This document shows positions 13,500 through 27,500 of a stretch of 64,000 nt of DNA, in pieces (the first letter of the stretch is position 1; each line of letters begins with the position of its first letter). The notes beneath the pieces are model-generated. The model had not been told where the DNA came from. It did no database searches and saw only the letters and a program-made list of their open reading frames with translations. The stretch comes from Raillietiella orientalis (Eukaryota): positions 124,001 to 188,000 of the forward strand of contig JAYWIR010000028.1 of assembly GCA_036172245.1 (NCBI GenBank), in the 5' to 3' direction. A program made the translations under genes and the position numbers.

Positions 13500-13950
13500 G
13501 ATGAAAACTTCCAGTGCGTATCTGTCTGCACCTACATTTCCTTTGCATACCCATTCATGGGTGGCAATTATGAGTGCATGTTGAATTCTCTCACCAAATG
13601 TGAATGTGAAATATGGAAGATGGAATTCAACCCTGTGTGTGAAACTGATCTAGTACAGCAGCATGGTGCGCAGTGTTCAGATTCTAACATAGGTCAGGCT
13701 TGCAACGAAACTTGGGTGTTTTGATGTCAGGCCAAAGAAGTTAAAAACAGGACATTGAAATTATAAGCGTAACCCTCTCCAGGAAATCTCATGGTGCCCA
13801 AAGACAAAAATTGCTTTAGTAAGTCCAAAGGTATTATCGAAGTTATATGATGCCTTAACCCACGATTATGTCCCAGCTTTCTGCAAACAGAAAGCTGGCA
13901 GTCCAGCAATCCAAAGTGAGAAAAAACAGTTATCAGGCCCGTATCCCGTG
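13500..13950 (+). mobile_element. Decayed CR1/L2-type LINE RT C-terminal fragment
   Basis: IWKMEFNP (cf. KWQMKFNP) at ~13610, followed by NLGVLMS (cf. KDLGVLI) at ~13710. Confidence 0.35.
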
Positions 13951-16900
13951 AAGGAAAAATTCTGATGGTGACTTGAAACATATTTTCTGAAAAAGTGAAT
14001 TCCATCTAATTGCATGCGAAAATGAAACTCCGGACTTTGTTTCCTGCTACTTCAGGATTTATTGTGCTTCGTGCCCATCTCAAGCACTATTACTCTAAAC
14101 TGAACAAACATTGCCGAACAACCTGAACCCTTAAGGTGATGGTTTGCACTGAAGGGAGAGAAGGTGACCGTCTGAATTGCATCTGCAGCACAAGTGCATC
14201 AAGGCATGAAAAACAGTGGACCCCGATCCCGAGATGGTGCGGTCGGTCTTCACAATTTCGCTACAACTTTGAAGAAAGGGAAAATGAAACTTCGTGTCCC
14301 AAGATCGAGATTGAATGCGGCACAAACCGAGTGTTGGACGGAGAGATCCTCCAATACCCATTCGTTGGCCCCAAGAGATGCGTTATTGCTACTGCAGCCG
14401 GTGCCTGTTTGAATCCGGTAGTCAGTTGTGAAGGCACTTGCAGTCTCTCGTGCCGGCCGTCACGCACTCGATGTTTGATGCTGTTGGCCTGCGGTGTTGA
14501 AATGCCGAGGGAATTGCATGCAAAAGTTTTCCCTAAGAGACGTCAGATCATCCCCAAGTCACGCCAAGGCTCGATTTCACCAGGCGAATTTGCATTGCCA
14601 TTATTTTGCCTGGCGGCTGCCGCACCCAACCCCGCACTTGTTAATATTTCAGCAGCCACCGGGAAGAGTATGCCCTCAGTCTCACGTGGCGCAGTCACAA
14701 ATGCAACTGCGAGCATTTTGTCGCAGCTTCCTCGGCCAGGTCTCAGAAGCTGCCGTCTCCAATCTTCTATCGTCATTTAACAGTGGGAGGAGGAAAACGA
14801 TCCCAGAGGTTCCCTGAATTCAGTTTCTGTTTGCGTTTGGAAAACCGATGTTGGCCGAGGACGGATTCGCCTCGTGATTCCAGTATTTTTTTTGGTCCTC
14901 CAGAGGGTGTCGGTCAGCATGGAGATCAACCGGCCTCTGCAAATTGAAACAAAATTTTCTATTCACTATCATTCTCTTCTGTGGAATCAGAGGAGAACGC
15001 CTTGTGCTCAGTAATTGGAAAAGGTTCGGACAGAGCGACGTGTGCGAACAAAAAGTTCATTCAGCGTTCACTCCTCAACCAGTAAGTACATTGTGCCAAA
15101 AGGTTTATGGACATGAAGTGGACAGAGTGAAATCTTGGTTGGCTGGTTATGGGAATGGAATGCGTTTTTTCCTTGAGGGAATTTCTGGAGTGGCGTGACG
15201 TGTTCGCTAGGAAACGGTATTTGTGTGTGTTTTGTCTTTTATATTCTTAAGCCGTAGTCTTTCAGGTCGCTTGGTGGACCTGTTCTGTGACCTTGATCAA
15301 GCGAATGCTCACGAAAGATTACAATGAGGTTGTTCGACCGGCGGTGGGTAAGGTGTGATCTTGCGTGCTCGAGGCTGTCGCGACCGTTCCCGCACAGAAG
15401 ATTCCAGTAAGGGCCCGACCGAAATGTCAAATAACGGGAGTGTTGTGCTACCTTGGGGCTCTCCTGAATCATTCAGTGTGTGCATGCGCATTTTTTTTTT
15501 TTTTTTTCCTTTCTTTGTGCGCATGTATCCAACACAAATATGAGACAACTTGCGTTCGATGCCCTCGTTATGAGCGAATGGACAAACCAAGTTTATGGCT
15601 CGTTCTTGCAGTGGCCGTTTGGCTCGTCATTCAACCGCAAGCGTCACGGAGGAATAGTGGGGGGAAGCTGGTCACTCAGCGCGACCCTCTCGGGTTTCGG
15701 AGGCGCGATGGGTCTCGCGATGTACGAAATCCAGGCAGGAAGGGGTTCGATTCGCTTTAGCGCAATTTCTTAAATCCTGAAGTCCCAAATTAAAAAAAAA
15801 AAAACGTCATTAGACGTGTTTGCTCTCGAAAACAAGTCCTGGTCCTCTGAAAGTGTTCGCGGCGTTAGTCTGATTGACCTTGGATGGTCAGCCAACCGTT
15901 TTCCGTAAACTAATCAGTGCGTCTTCCCCAGAATGAGAGCCTAAAGAGCGAGACGCCAAAGTGATGCTGCTCGTTGTCCATTCATGGCTGCTGACGCCAA
16001 GACTGGTAATGGTTTGCTTCACACGACCAGTGTCTAAGAGCGGTGTTCATGGCATTGCATTGCTCCCGCCTTCCATTAGAATCCATGCATTCGAACGCAC
16101 TCTTTCCCTTCTTACGTGATACTGTTTCTGGCTGAAGCTGCGATGCTGCGGCTCACACGGAGCTCTGCGATCCTTCACTCACTTTCACTTGTCGGAAGGT
16201 CATTTTGTTTTCTGGTCTGTGCTTCCTTTGTCCATTTAGATCCAGTACGCGCACAGCATTGCTGCAACCTGAAATCATAAAAAGAATAGGAATACTTGTC
16301 TCACCATCAGCTGTAATCACCATCAGGAATCCAAAGGAAACAAACAAGTTGAGAACACAGTTCCCCAATAAAATGAAAACAACAAAAAAGAACTTCAAGG
16401 GGAGGATTCACCGACACACAGGTCGGTCACTGGGGCAATAAATAAATAAATAAAGGGAGGAGGGTGGGGACAAGAATCTTTGATATCGGCCGCTCCTCTT
16501 TGCTCGTAACCAGCGCAGGATGTCGGCGATCTCCAACTCGACTTCTTCCAAGTGAGGTCACCTTGTTAGCCGTTAGCCTTTTTCATGTAGGCGGCTGCCA
16601 TGCGAGCGACGTTTCTCGGCTGCTCCCGAGAGTCCAACGCGTGGTGGTCTCTTGGCGGCGGCGAGGATAACGTCGCAAGCACGGCGCCTGCCGAGAGTTC
16701 GCCGCGCGCGAAGAATCTCCGCAGGCGGTGTTCTCCGGATGCAGGAGCTCTGAAGCCAGTCTCCGCCAAAGTTGCTGGAGGGCGCTGCAGTCCAGCAACA
16801 GTCCCTTAAACAGTTTGGGGACTCAGCCCCCTTCCGAAAACGAGGTGCCGATACTGATTGTACCGGAAACCCCGGTGCAGAAACAGCAGCACATCCTGTT

Positions 16901-17199
16901 TCCAGCGTAAGAGGAATACAGAAGTATCCATACAGGCAAAGGAGTGACCATAAGATTTGCGAGGAGCACACTAAGAAGCTCGTTCCACTGAAGCAGTCCC
17001 TTCGCCCGGGAACGAGGTGTAGGAGCGTCCACCAGCTCGCTCGTCGTCCAGCTCTCCAGGAGTTTGGTCACTCTTGCAATGGTGCAGCAAAGCTTCCACT
17101 CCGCCGGTTGGCAACTGCCTCATAGCCCTTAGTGCTGAGACCATGGGCGCGGAGGCCAGGCGGGACCGCTGCCCGTTTCCTGCAGGGCATATCCTAGTG

Positions 17200-17500
17200 A
17201 AAGGTTTAGCAGATATCGGAGGGGACGAAGTCGCCCTGGGTGCACACCCAGGGTGGCAACCCAGGTCTCGACCGCCTCCTACTATCATGCATCCCAGTTC
17301 ATGGGGCAGCAGGAGATCCATTGCAAAAGCGAGGAAAGCCAAATCCTCGCATCCTATATCGGTAGTGCGGAAACAACGATAGTCGTCCTTGGCCGCCGGC
17401 GCAGTGCCGAAGGATGAGGCGTGCAGGTCTTCAATTCGGAGCAGAGCGCCACTTGGATCTGCTCCTGCAGCCCGAGCCTTTTCAGCGTCAGGCTGCCCGA
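17200..17500 (-). mobile_element. Possible decayed non-LTR RT fragment
   Basis: In ORF 16971-17786(-), RAAGADPSGALL (cf. RQGDPLSPLLF) is followed about 45 aa later by LAFLAFAMDLLL (cf. HLAFADDLVL). Weak. Confidence 0.3.
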
Positions 17501-18439
17501 GCCAGCATCCCGACGCTGAAAAAGCAACCCGAAAGGATGGTCGTGGCTGTGGTGGGAACTTGCAAAGGATCGAGGCAGGTGGGACCAAATTTGCTCTGCA
17601 AGGGTAAACTTGCGAGAATCCTAATTCAGTGTAAGCACACACAATTGGGAAAAATTTTGCGATGTGCTGTCCACCACGAACTAGGAATGCAGTGGACGCC
17701 GCTGGATGCCTGCGTGTGCTGTTGGAGGCGTTAAAGAGAGCCGCCTGAGCGACTCCCTGGCCGTTACCCAGCACGGTTAGCAGCATGGAATCGTCGCCCC
17801 TGTGTTTTTAATGGCAAAGGTTTTTCGTCGTGGAACGCAATAAAAGGCATGCACATTTCCTGTCGAGTTTTCCTTGAGAGATAATAAAAACAGGAAAACG
17901 CACAAGGATGCTGAGGGGCTCCGATTACCTAAATGTCGTCCCAACTTATCTTCGGCAGCAGATCATCATTTCTTCTTGCCTTGCGCTTTTCACCGGCTCT
18001 GCCACTTTCCACCCGAGTGAATTTGGGAGTCTGCAAACTGTCAGTCAGTGCATTGAATTAGCAGTGGAAAGGGTGGGCGAAAAATCTGCGTGTAGTCTCG
18101 TGATCGAAAATGGTAGTGCCGAGGTGGTAACCCGCAAGAACCACCCGACAGAGTGCTCGCAAACACTTGGCAAGGGGTTGAAAAATAAAGGGGCGTCTCT
18201 CCCTTGGTAGGCGGGAAAAAAATTTCTGGAAGGCATGCAGCGTGTGAATTTTCACGGTGTGAATCATGGATGCTTCCTTGGTACTTCTACTTTTTACCTT
18301 TCGATGAAGCTCTTCGGCCTATAGAAAGCCCAGCAGCTTTTGGCGGAGAGCGGTGGAACATTCTCGAGCTTTCTTGCACGGCTGCGAATTTTCGGAACAT
18401 CCGAAACATGCAGCCGACTCTGTCTTGTCGAAAGAGAAA

Positions 18440-19130
18440 AGGTGCGAGATGGCACCTTGTGGCACCGAGGCGCCAGTGCCGGCTAATGAACGCGCTTTTT
18501 CTGCTCGGCCGATTCCCCGAATGGCAAAAGAATCCTTTCGTTTTCTTCATGCAACAGAGCAGCAGAGGAACGGTAAGACAGTATCTACAAAACTTTCAGC
18601 TGCTTGCCTACCTTCCAGTCATTCACGATGGAGCAGTGAAAGTTCTTTTTCGACAGGGCTGATGAAAAGCCTCCGATCCTATCAACACGATTCCTCGCAC
18701 GCTTTTTCAGGAGAGAGAGAGAGAGAGAGAGAGAGAAATGGGCCATCGTGAGAGGCACTGGTTATTGTGTGCACAGAGGTGCTCCAGGGAGGCTTGACTC
18801 TGTACATTTGAGTCATCGGTGGAACACAGATTGCAGAATCACGACTGACTGCCTCACACGCAGGCAACTGTTAGGATGGCTGCTTTGCCAGATGTTTCGT
18901 CGACTGCAGCCATCAAACTCGTAAATTTGCCAAGAACAGCTCTTCAAACGTGGCACTTTTCGAAGATCATTGCGTGGAGTCGCGATTTTGGGAAGGAGTG
19001 GTTTCACAGAGTGGTGACAGGGTTCGGACGGTTCGAACTGGAAGACGTATTAGAACCGTTGGCAAGCAGAAGAAAGAATGCTCGTTCTGGTGCGCTCATG
19101 GACCAGACGATTCCACTCCGTTGAGATTCG
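18440..19130 (+). mobile_element. Decayed CR1/L2/Jockey-type LINE RT fragment
   Basis: CRLMNALFLLGRFPEWQKNPFVFF (cf. LFNAC..GRFPEEWK.A.V), then KIIAWSRDF..HRVV (cf. ILNWIKDFL..QRVV), then PDDST (degenerate FADD), in order. Confidence 0.45.
18711..18736. repeat. (GA)n microsatellite
   Basis: About 13 GA units read directly. Confidence 0.9.
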
Positions 19131-20419
19131 AATGCCTAAGCCATTCGCATTCTCAGATTCTCGAGCTTCAGCTTTTCAGTCTGAATCTACGAGTCTGCAA
19201 AAGTCACGAGCCGCTGCAGCACCCTCGAAGCCATTACGGAGAAGAAGCATTGGGGGAAACTTTCCAGCTCGTTCCTTTGCTCTTTTCGTTTGAATTCATC
19301 ATGGAGGTTGAAAGGAGGATGGGAAGAAGCAAACGGTGTTTCACCTGAGCTGCCTTGAAGATGGAGAGCTCGACGGTTTTCCAGACGTATTCCTGGGAGC
19401 ATTAAGGAGTACACAATCTTCTCGAGTGTCGACCCCGCGCCAGTTTCCCATTTCAATGACAAGCCCTCAGCAGAAGATGCGAATTGCAGGAGAAGGGTAA
19501 TTCCCCGAATTGGAGCTCAGAAGACGTTTGGTTGAATCTTCTAATTCACCAGAAAGCTGAAGAAGAGCCACGCATCATCCTTGCTTATTCTTCTAAGCAG
19601 CCTTGCAAAAGAGAAGGAAGAGAAATGAAAAAAAAAAAAAAAATCACTTTTACTCATAAGGAATCGAAAACCGATATCCGTGTGTTGTGTTTTTTTCGTT
19701 TTCGCACCTGGCACCCAGCGGCTCCTGAGGGAAACGCAGCAACGCCCGCCCCTCCGGTTACTTCTGCTGTTTTTTTTTTTTTTTTTTTTCCAATGCTACA
19801 AGCGACCATCTGTGCTTATTGCCAATCTTGTATTTATCTACTATTTCTTCGTTTCGATCACGAGTTGAACCGTTTGGTCGCGAGGAGGGGGTCCTTGCGG
19901 TTGGTGCACCGATACCGGAAGGACGCTGAGAGCGTGGCGCGAGAATTTTCGGGAAAGTGCCCGAACTCGAGCGAGCGGCTCGATTCCCTCAGCCGAGCGG
20001 CTTGCAAATCATTCAAAAGAGGAATTCTCCCCACCTGCAGGAAACCGAGTCCCTGCACACGTCATCTCGTTCCAGCATCTGCAACATCGTGAAGAAATAG
20101 GCAGCAAGCTCCTTCCGTTCCGAGTTGGAACTCCCTGGCAATCCGGTTCGCCCTGAACGGAAGTGGCTGCGTTTCCGGTTTGCTGCCATAGTTCATTATT
20201 GATTTTTGCAAATCACTTCCTATCATTAAAATGGAACAGGAAGGCTAGATGGACGTCTTCCCCGCTCCCATTAGCATTTCCTTGAGAAACCGAAGCTTTC
20301 TGCCGTCATTGTGCGGAGTTGCTCACTGTTTAATGCAATTGTAATTGTACGGTTGTAATTTGTGCGTACCCGCGAAGGGGGGAAGAACGTACCATTGCCA
20401 CTGAGTGGTCTCCTTGTTC

Positions 20420-20640
20420 TAATAAACTGCATGAAAGTCCGAAATGAAAGATCCTCCTTCATTTCAGTTGAGGCAGTGATGGTGGGCGACATCCCAGGTC
20501 CAGTGATGCACGTATCGATTGTACGGGACGGGAATGTGCTTCACGGTACGAAATTTTTCGTGCGTTACTGGCTCCAACTTCAGAGATGGTCGTCTGTATA
20601 CAGTTATCAGCTGGAATTTTCAATGAACGGAGTAAGCAAA
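20420..20640 (+). mobile_element. Decayed CR1/L2-type LINE RT fragment
   Basis: MKVRNERSSFISVEAVMVGDIPGP (cf. VKIG..SS..PVTSGVPQGSILGP), then LQRWSS..QLEFS (cf. L.EW..WQL.FN). Confidence 0.4.
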
Positions 20641-22534
20641 AGCAACGATCCAAAAAAAGCGTCTTCCGTTGATGGGACACCACAAAAGAGTCACGACGAA
20701 CGCGCGCGTCCAAACCCATGTCCCGCAGGAAAACACAGAACCTTCCCTTCAGACATCCAATTGCATAAAAGACTGTGCAGAAGACTCTGCGTGGACTGTG
20801 CCGCTGTCTCTTCCATAAAAACTACAATCAATACGTGCGCAAAAAGTTCGAAATGGGGCTGCCGAACGTCTGCGCCTGCAGCACGAATGCTTTGCAAACA
20901 GACTCATGCAATACCAGAAGCCATCACTTCATCTCGAGAGGAACGTCTGTTTTCCTCCTTCTTTCAGAAAACAAAATCAGCTTCTGTTTGCCTATCCGTT
21001 TTCTCTGCATCCGAGACATAACTCCGCCCCCGGCGGAATTCCTGGGAACCGTTCAAGTGCGTTTCTGGCAACCTGGAGAACGGCCATCGAAGGGAGTCCT
21101 CGTTCAGGACATGTCCGCCAGCCACGAGACGACGACGGACTCAGCTCCTCATTTGTCTACCTCAACTTTCCATCTCCAGTGGTGGGATCAGCCAGATTGC
21201 GAAACCCTCTCTGCTCCTGCGGCAGACGATTAGGGTTTCAGAGAAATCAGAGTTCGCCTGTCTCTGTAGCAGAGGTCCCAAAGTGCCGGCAGCTATCGAC
21301 AGCGATACCTGGTCACAAGGATGAGATGTGGGTGACCAGCAGGCGATCTCTGCGGTGAAATTCTCACTGGAGCTGCCCGATCGTGAAAGAACCGGAGTTC
21401 GGCCGAAATAGGGCTTCCGAGACACAAGGATGTACGTTCGAGCGAGGCGGCACCCAGGGGATGCTGCAAGAGTTCCGTCCGAAAACGGATGGTACTTGTG
21501 GGGCAGCGCAGGAGCCCTCGGATTTCGGACTTGCGAGAATCATCCATCGCGGAAGGGAATTTCAAATTTTCATCCGTCTTGCACCACATAGATATTGCCA
21601 CAGCTGCTTCTACGGAGCATAGCAATTCGATTGAAATCATGCATCGAGGGTTTCCACATAATTGGCAATTGTTTCTGAAGAGCAACTGCCAGCTATGCTG
21701 AAAAACTTGCCAAAAAGAGAAAAAAATCGTTCAAGAATCAGTGGCACTCCAATGAATGGGAAACGAACGAAGCTCGGCAACCGCAGAAATGTAAACCAAC
21801 AACTGCAGAAGGTCTTCGGGCCCAGTCGGTGTATTTCGTTATTTCATCATGGGGGGGGGGGGAAAGCCCAAAGACGGAACTTTCACGTCTCCTTGCCGTT
21901 TCGAAACGCTGGTCGAGATTGCAACAGAAGATGCCGAAACGTGAAGAGAGCATCTTCCAAATACCATCCAATATGTTTCCATGCTCGGTACTTTACGCTG
22001 TGTAATATGATATGTGAATAATTGAAGCACAGATGCCGTGCTGCATTTTCTCGAACGTTTCTTCCAAGTGAGCTGTTTAGAGAGAAATACTTCGAAGCAG
22101 ATGAGCTCATAAACTTGCAGTGCATTTCGCAACGAAAGCATCTCTGCTTGCACCTCGTTTGCACTCAGTAAAACCATGGGATGCAGTTTTTCGTCAGTTC
22201 CGGAAGGTCGCCGGAAGGTGCTCGCCAAAATGGTCCAAACTTTGGACATAAATCCGATCCTTAAAGGTCCGAAATCTCAAGTTCTGACAAACTAGCTTGC
22301 TGATGTCTCGTGATACGCGGCTAAGCTGAAAATCCATACATTATTCCCTGCAACGGGAGCATTTCTCAGTTTTAGACCGAGGCTGCGGAAGAGCCTGCTA
22401 AAGCCGAAAGGGATGACTCAAACCAAACAACGGCGGCGCAGACTGCAATTTGCATGGACGCGGTGCTGCCCTCGGTCGGGAGGATCCGAAGAGTCGGTAA
22501 AAGAAGGGGGCAAACTCGGCTTGCGATTCCGTCA

Positions 22535-22561
22535 GCACCAACAGCACGGTGCTGTTGGTGC
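22535..22561. repeat. Perfect 13-bp inverted repeat with a 1-nt spacer
   Basis: gcaccaacagcac-g-gtgctgttggtgc read directly. Confidence 0.9.
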
Positions 22562-24585
22562 CAACGCAAACGACGTACGCGTCCTCCTCCGAGGTCACAT
22601 GGGAAACCGAGCCGTCCAAGTGCCACCGGCAAGACCGGCCCTACGCTCCGTGGAGACGCAGCTGCAGGATGCACGTGCGCTCAGGGCCTGCAGTACGTCG
22701 GCAAACTCGGAAAGGCTTCAGCAACCTTTTTGAAGGTTTCTGATGTTCAGGAGTCTGCCGAAGCGTCTTCGTGCAGAGAAGCATAAAAAAGTAGAAATAA
22801 ATTTGAAGGAAGGAGCAAACGAAACGATGCCATTCTTCGATGAGCAAAGACCAAGTTGATAGGGAGTCAATCGATGAAATCAAGGTGCTCACTTTGCTTT
22901 GAATCTGAACTCCCATAATTCGAAGATATAAAGAATTTGAAAAGCAAAAAAGCAGAGCGAACACTCTCGAAGAGACTGCACTACATCACTGGAGTTTCAT
23001 CCTCCATAATTAGTTCTTTCGTTTTCTAAGGAGTTTGTAATACGAAATTCTATATGCACCCAGTGTCGAGCGGATAAGTTAAATGATCCAAATCAACAGA
23101 CATTGAAAACATGAGAGATACTTTATCTCAAATCAAATTTCAAGGTTTCCTCCGTTTCATTAATGTCAGGCATAGTTTTATAGACGAAATACATTCATTG
23201 CAAAATGGAATTCAAAATTTGCAGGTATACAGTGTGCATTACTTTTTCTATATTCTGTCCAGAGCAGTTTGTTCTCTGAATGGAGCTTATTTTGAGAAGG
23301 CACATAATTTTTTTAAATCAAAAATGTTTCAAAATGGGAACATGAATTACAATGCGATGACTGTCTCGTCCTTTGTTTTCAAGTCTTCCTGATTCCATGA
23401 GATTTGTTTCAAGTTTCCATGTATTCCTATACAGTTGTGAAAAGCCATTTATTATGTAAATTGTGTGTGTGTGTGTCTGTGTTTTTTCCCAAAGGAATGT
23501 AGACAAACTTTCTTTTTCTACTACATTGTGAATACTGAAAGCTGAATAATCATGAATAAAGGGAAGCAGCAAATGAAATGTTCATTACATGGAATCATCT
23601 AAATTTTTAATTAGCAATTTATTTTTAAATGTATCTTGAATGTGAGATTCAAAATTAATTGCACATTTTAAAAGCATATACATGTAGTTCTATACAATTT
23701 CAATGCACGGGACAAATTGTTTCGTTATCCAAATTTCGGTTTATACAGTACTCGGTAAGCAACAAAATAGTTTCGGCAACTTTTATTATATATGTTATAC
23801 AATATAATGGCATTATTTTTTACTTTTAAACCTCAATCGGAAACATTAGTAATAATGCCATTGAAATATAATTACGCATCTGATCTATAACCAACCTATG
23901 ATAAACTCTCTTCGACAAATCATCAGCATGATAATTTTCCTTAAAATTTTCTATGAATTCATGAGAACATTTTGAATTTCTTTGGAGTTTGAACATTGTG
24001 AACGTCGAGAAAAAGACCTATCTTCAAACTTTGCTTTAATGAAAACGTAAATTCCTTGAAGACTGGTATTCACTAAAAACGCTTTGTTTCTGTGTTGCGG
24101 TTTTTTGGAAGTGCAAACGAATGCTATTGCGTTGATGTGTTTGATCATGTATCTCTCTCCTGTAATCATACTTAAACTTTCATTATGTATTTGTGGGAAT
24201 GTGAGGATTTTTGTCATTTCGTGAATTGGTTTAACTTTGCGTTTTTCAAAGTTTTTCGTTTAATTGGCGATTGAGATTTTAAAATCGGAATTTTTTCTTG
24301 CGAATGTTGTTTAAAATATAAAATTTGTTGTGTCGGGGTTTACCCAGAAATAAGAGATTGCTTGGCTTGTTGACGTGGTGAAGTTTCGGGAATTTTATTT
24401 TTGCTTTTAGTCGCCTACTTTCATGAACCGTAATTTCATAAACCGGGCAATTTAAAACCCGGAATAAGAAGTTGTGAATTGTAACCAGTACCCATTAATA
24501 TGATCGTTCCTTTGAAATGTAGTCAATTTTTAAATTGGAATTTGTAATTATTGTAGTTGTTAATTAAATCTTCGTTTGGTTTCAG

Positions 24586-27500
24586 GATTTGCAACAAATC
24601 GAGCTTCTCTGCAAAGAGCTGTATGAATCATCAGATGCATCTCGTAGGAATGAAGCAGAAAAAATATTGCTTCGCTTTCAAAATTGTCCAGATTCTCTGA
24701 TGAAGTGTCAGTTACTTTTAGAACGTAGACATTCTTCGTATGCACAGCTGTTAGCAGCAACTACGTTGACAAAGTTAGTTTCAAGAACTCCATGTACGCT
24801 GTCTCTGGAGCAACGACTTGATATAAGTAATCATCAAGTTCCATACTGATTAATTTCATGCTTATTTTGTTATATAAATAATTTAGTCAACAACATGGCA
24901 GTTCATGTGTACTTACTGTGAAGTAATGATTTCTCGATATGTATGCTCAATAATTTCTCAGTTTATCAATTATGTGGCCATTCTGTTTGTGTTGATTTGT
25001 TTTGGGGACATTTGTTGTGTTCCAATTAAGGCTGAATTTTTGTCATTTTTCATTGGCTTTCGGTTCTTATGATGAATTTTTAATTATATTAATGAAAAAC
25101 TGTGTGCAATAAAGTAACTTTGCTTTTCATCTCTTTATCACAAAATGATTGGAAATGCATTAATTTTTATGATTTAATTTCACATTAAACTTGCATTTTA
25201 ATGTGAAAGTTTGTTGAAATGATCTTTCAGTTGACAATTTCAGTAAATTCAAAATCATTGTTTTAGAATTTACTGATATTGGAAAAGCCGAACTTTTTTT
25301 GACAGCATCATTTAACATTTGTTTTATTTTTCTGTTACAAGGAAACTACATTCTGAATTATTTGCTAACTCAGCCCAAATTGTCTGGTTTTGTTGTTCAG
25401 TCTTTAGTTCAGTTGTTTGGTCGCATTGTAAAGCAAGGATGGTTTGATTATGACAATAGTGACTACGTATTTAGAAATGTGATCATGGATGTAACGGCTT
25501 TTCTCCAGGTAATGCAACTTTTATTTGTTGAAATAACAATTTTGTGCTTTAAGGGTTCCGTTGAGCATTGTATTATTGGAGTACAACTTCTTGCTACTTT
25601 GACCAGTGAGATGAATCAAATAAGTGAGGCAGATGCCAATCGATCATTAACAAAACACAGAAAAATTGCTTCTTCCTTTCGAGATATACAATTATTCGAT
25701 ATTTTTCAGTTGTCGTGTGCACTTTTAAGAACAGCAATGGAAAACAGTAAAAATCTGAATCTTAATGATGAAAATCAAGTATGTAGTTTTGTGCTAATGA
25801 TTGTTACTAGTTTTTACAAATAGCATGTATTGATGACGCAGTTATTGAAATTAGCACACAACTGTTTAACATATGATTTCATTGGAACCTCTACTGATGA
25901 TTCTTCTGATGACCAGTCTACAGTGCAGATTCCCACAGGATGGAGGCCAGCATTTTTGGACTTTTCCACATTGCGTTTATTTTTCGATTTATATAGTTCT
26001 TTACCTGTTGGATTAGCATCTTTGGTAAATTTGTTTAAATTATAATGGCCTCAAGCCTGGTGTGTTGTTAGGCATTGTCCTGCCTTGTGCAGATAGCCTC
26101 TGTTAGAAGATCTCTCTTTAATAATGCTGAAAGAGCTAAGTTTCTCAATCAGTTGGTTTTAGGAGTGAAAAACATTCTTCAAAACCCTCAGGTAGTATAA
26201 AAGCTTTATCTATTATATTTAGCATTAAACAGGGATTAACCAATACTAACAATTATCATGAGTTTTGTCGACTGCTTGCAAGACTTAAGTCGAATTATCA
26301 ACTCAGTGAGCTGGTTATGGTGGAGAATTATCAAGAGTTCATTCAGTTAATAGCTAAATTTACAGTGGAAAGCTTGCAGGTATGGATGTCAAAAAAAAAA
26401 GTGTTTGCTGCATCATCAGTTTGCAGATGTGGCAGTTTGCTCCCAATAGTGTCCATTATCTCTTAAGCTTGTGGCAACGAATGGTAGCCTCTGTACCTTA
26501 TGTTAAAGCATCAGAGCCACATCTAATGGAAGTCTATACTCCCGAAATTACAAAAGCCTATATTACATCACGACTAGAATCTGTTCCTATTGTACTAAGG
26601 TAACAAAACAAGAAAATATTGCACAAATTGCTTGTTTATGTAGAGATAATTTGGAAGATCCCCTGGATGATATAGGTTTGGTTCAGCAACAGTTGGATCA
26701 GTTGTCAACGATTGGTAGATGTGAATATGGAAAAACCTGCACTTTGCTTGTGCAGTTATTTGACCAGACAGCTCAAAGATATCAAGAATTGCTTAATTTG
26801 AGAACTGCATCTTCCTTAGATACATCAATTCAACAGAATCAGCTAACTTGGCTGGTCTACCTTATTGGTTCTGCTATTGGTGGACGTGCTACTTTGAACA
26901 GCAATGAGGAGCATGATACAATGGATGGAGAACTTATTTGCAGGTATATGATCTGGGTATTTTGACTTTGATCAATTGTCATTTTCTTCAGGGTGCTTCA
27001 GCTTATGAATCTGACTGATTCTCATTTGACTTCTCAAGGTTGTCAACGCCTTGAATTGTCCATGTTGAGTGTTTTTGAACAGTTTCGCAAAATTTATGTT
27101 GGAGATCAAGTAAGATCAGACTAAAATCATGAATTTGCTTGATTATTAAATTTGTGACAGGTACAAAAAACTAGTCGTGTGTATCGCCGATTATCTGAAG
27201 TTCTGGGTCTTAGTGATGAGTGCATGGTATTGAGTGTATTCATGCGTAAAATGTAAGTGATGCTTCCTGATGTTCAAGAAGCTTAAACATGAGTTTTCAG
27301 AATAACGAACCTAAAATTTTGGGGACATAGTGAGCAGATTATTGCCAAAACACTACAATTCTTGAACGATCTTTCTGTGGGATACAGCAGTGTACGCAAA
27401 CTTGTCAAGCTAGATGAAGTGCAATTTATTCTAAACAGTCATACAGTAAAGAATATTTTACATATAAGCTTTGAGTTTAAAATGCTTACAGAGTGAACAT

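Noticed and set aside
15578..15760. Small ORF with a signal-peptide-like start (MDKPSLWLVLAVAVWLV)
   Set aside because: No recognisable mature peptide and no supporting gene structure, so chance cannot be excluded.
16183..16268. Minus-strand exon-like segment with a TTTCAG acceptor and GTGAGT donor, and a possible 36-nt upstream intron
   Set aside because: I could not link it to other exons or to a recognisable protein. It may be a non-coding exon, but this is unsupported.
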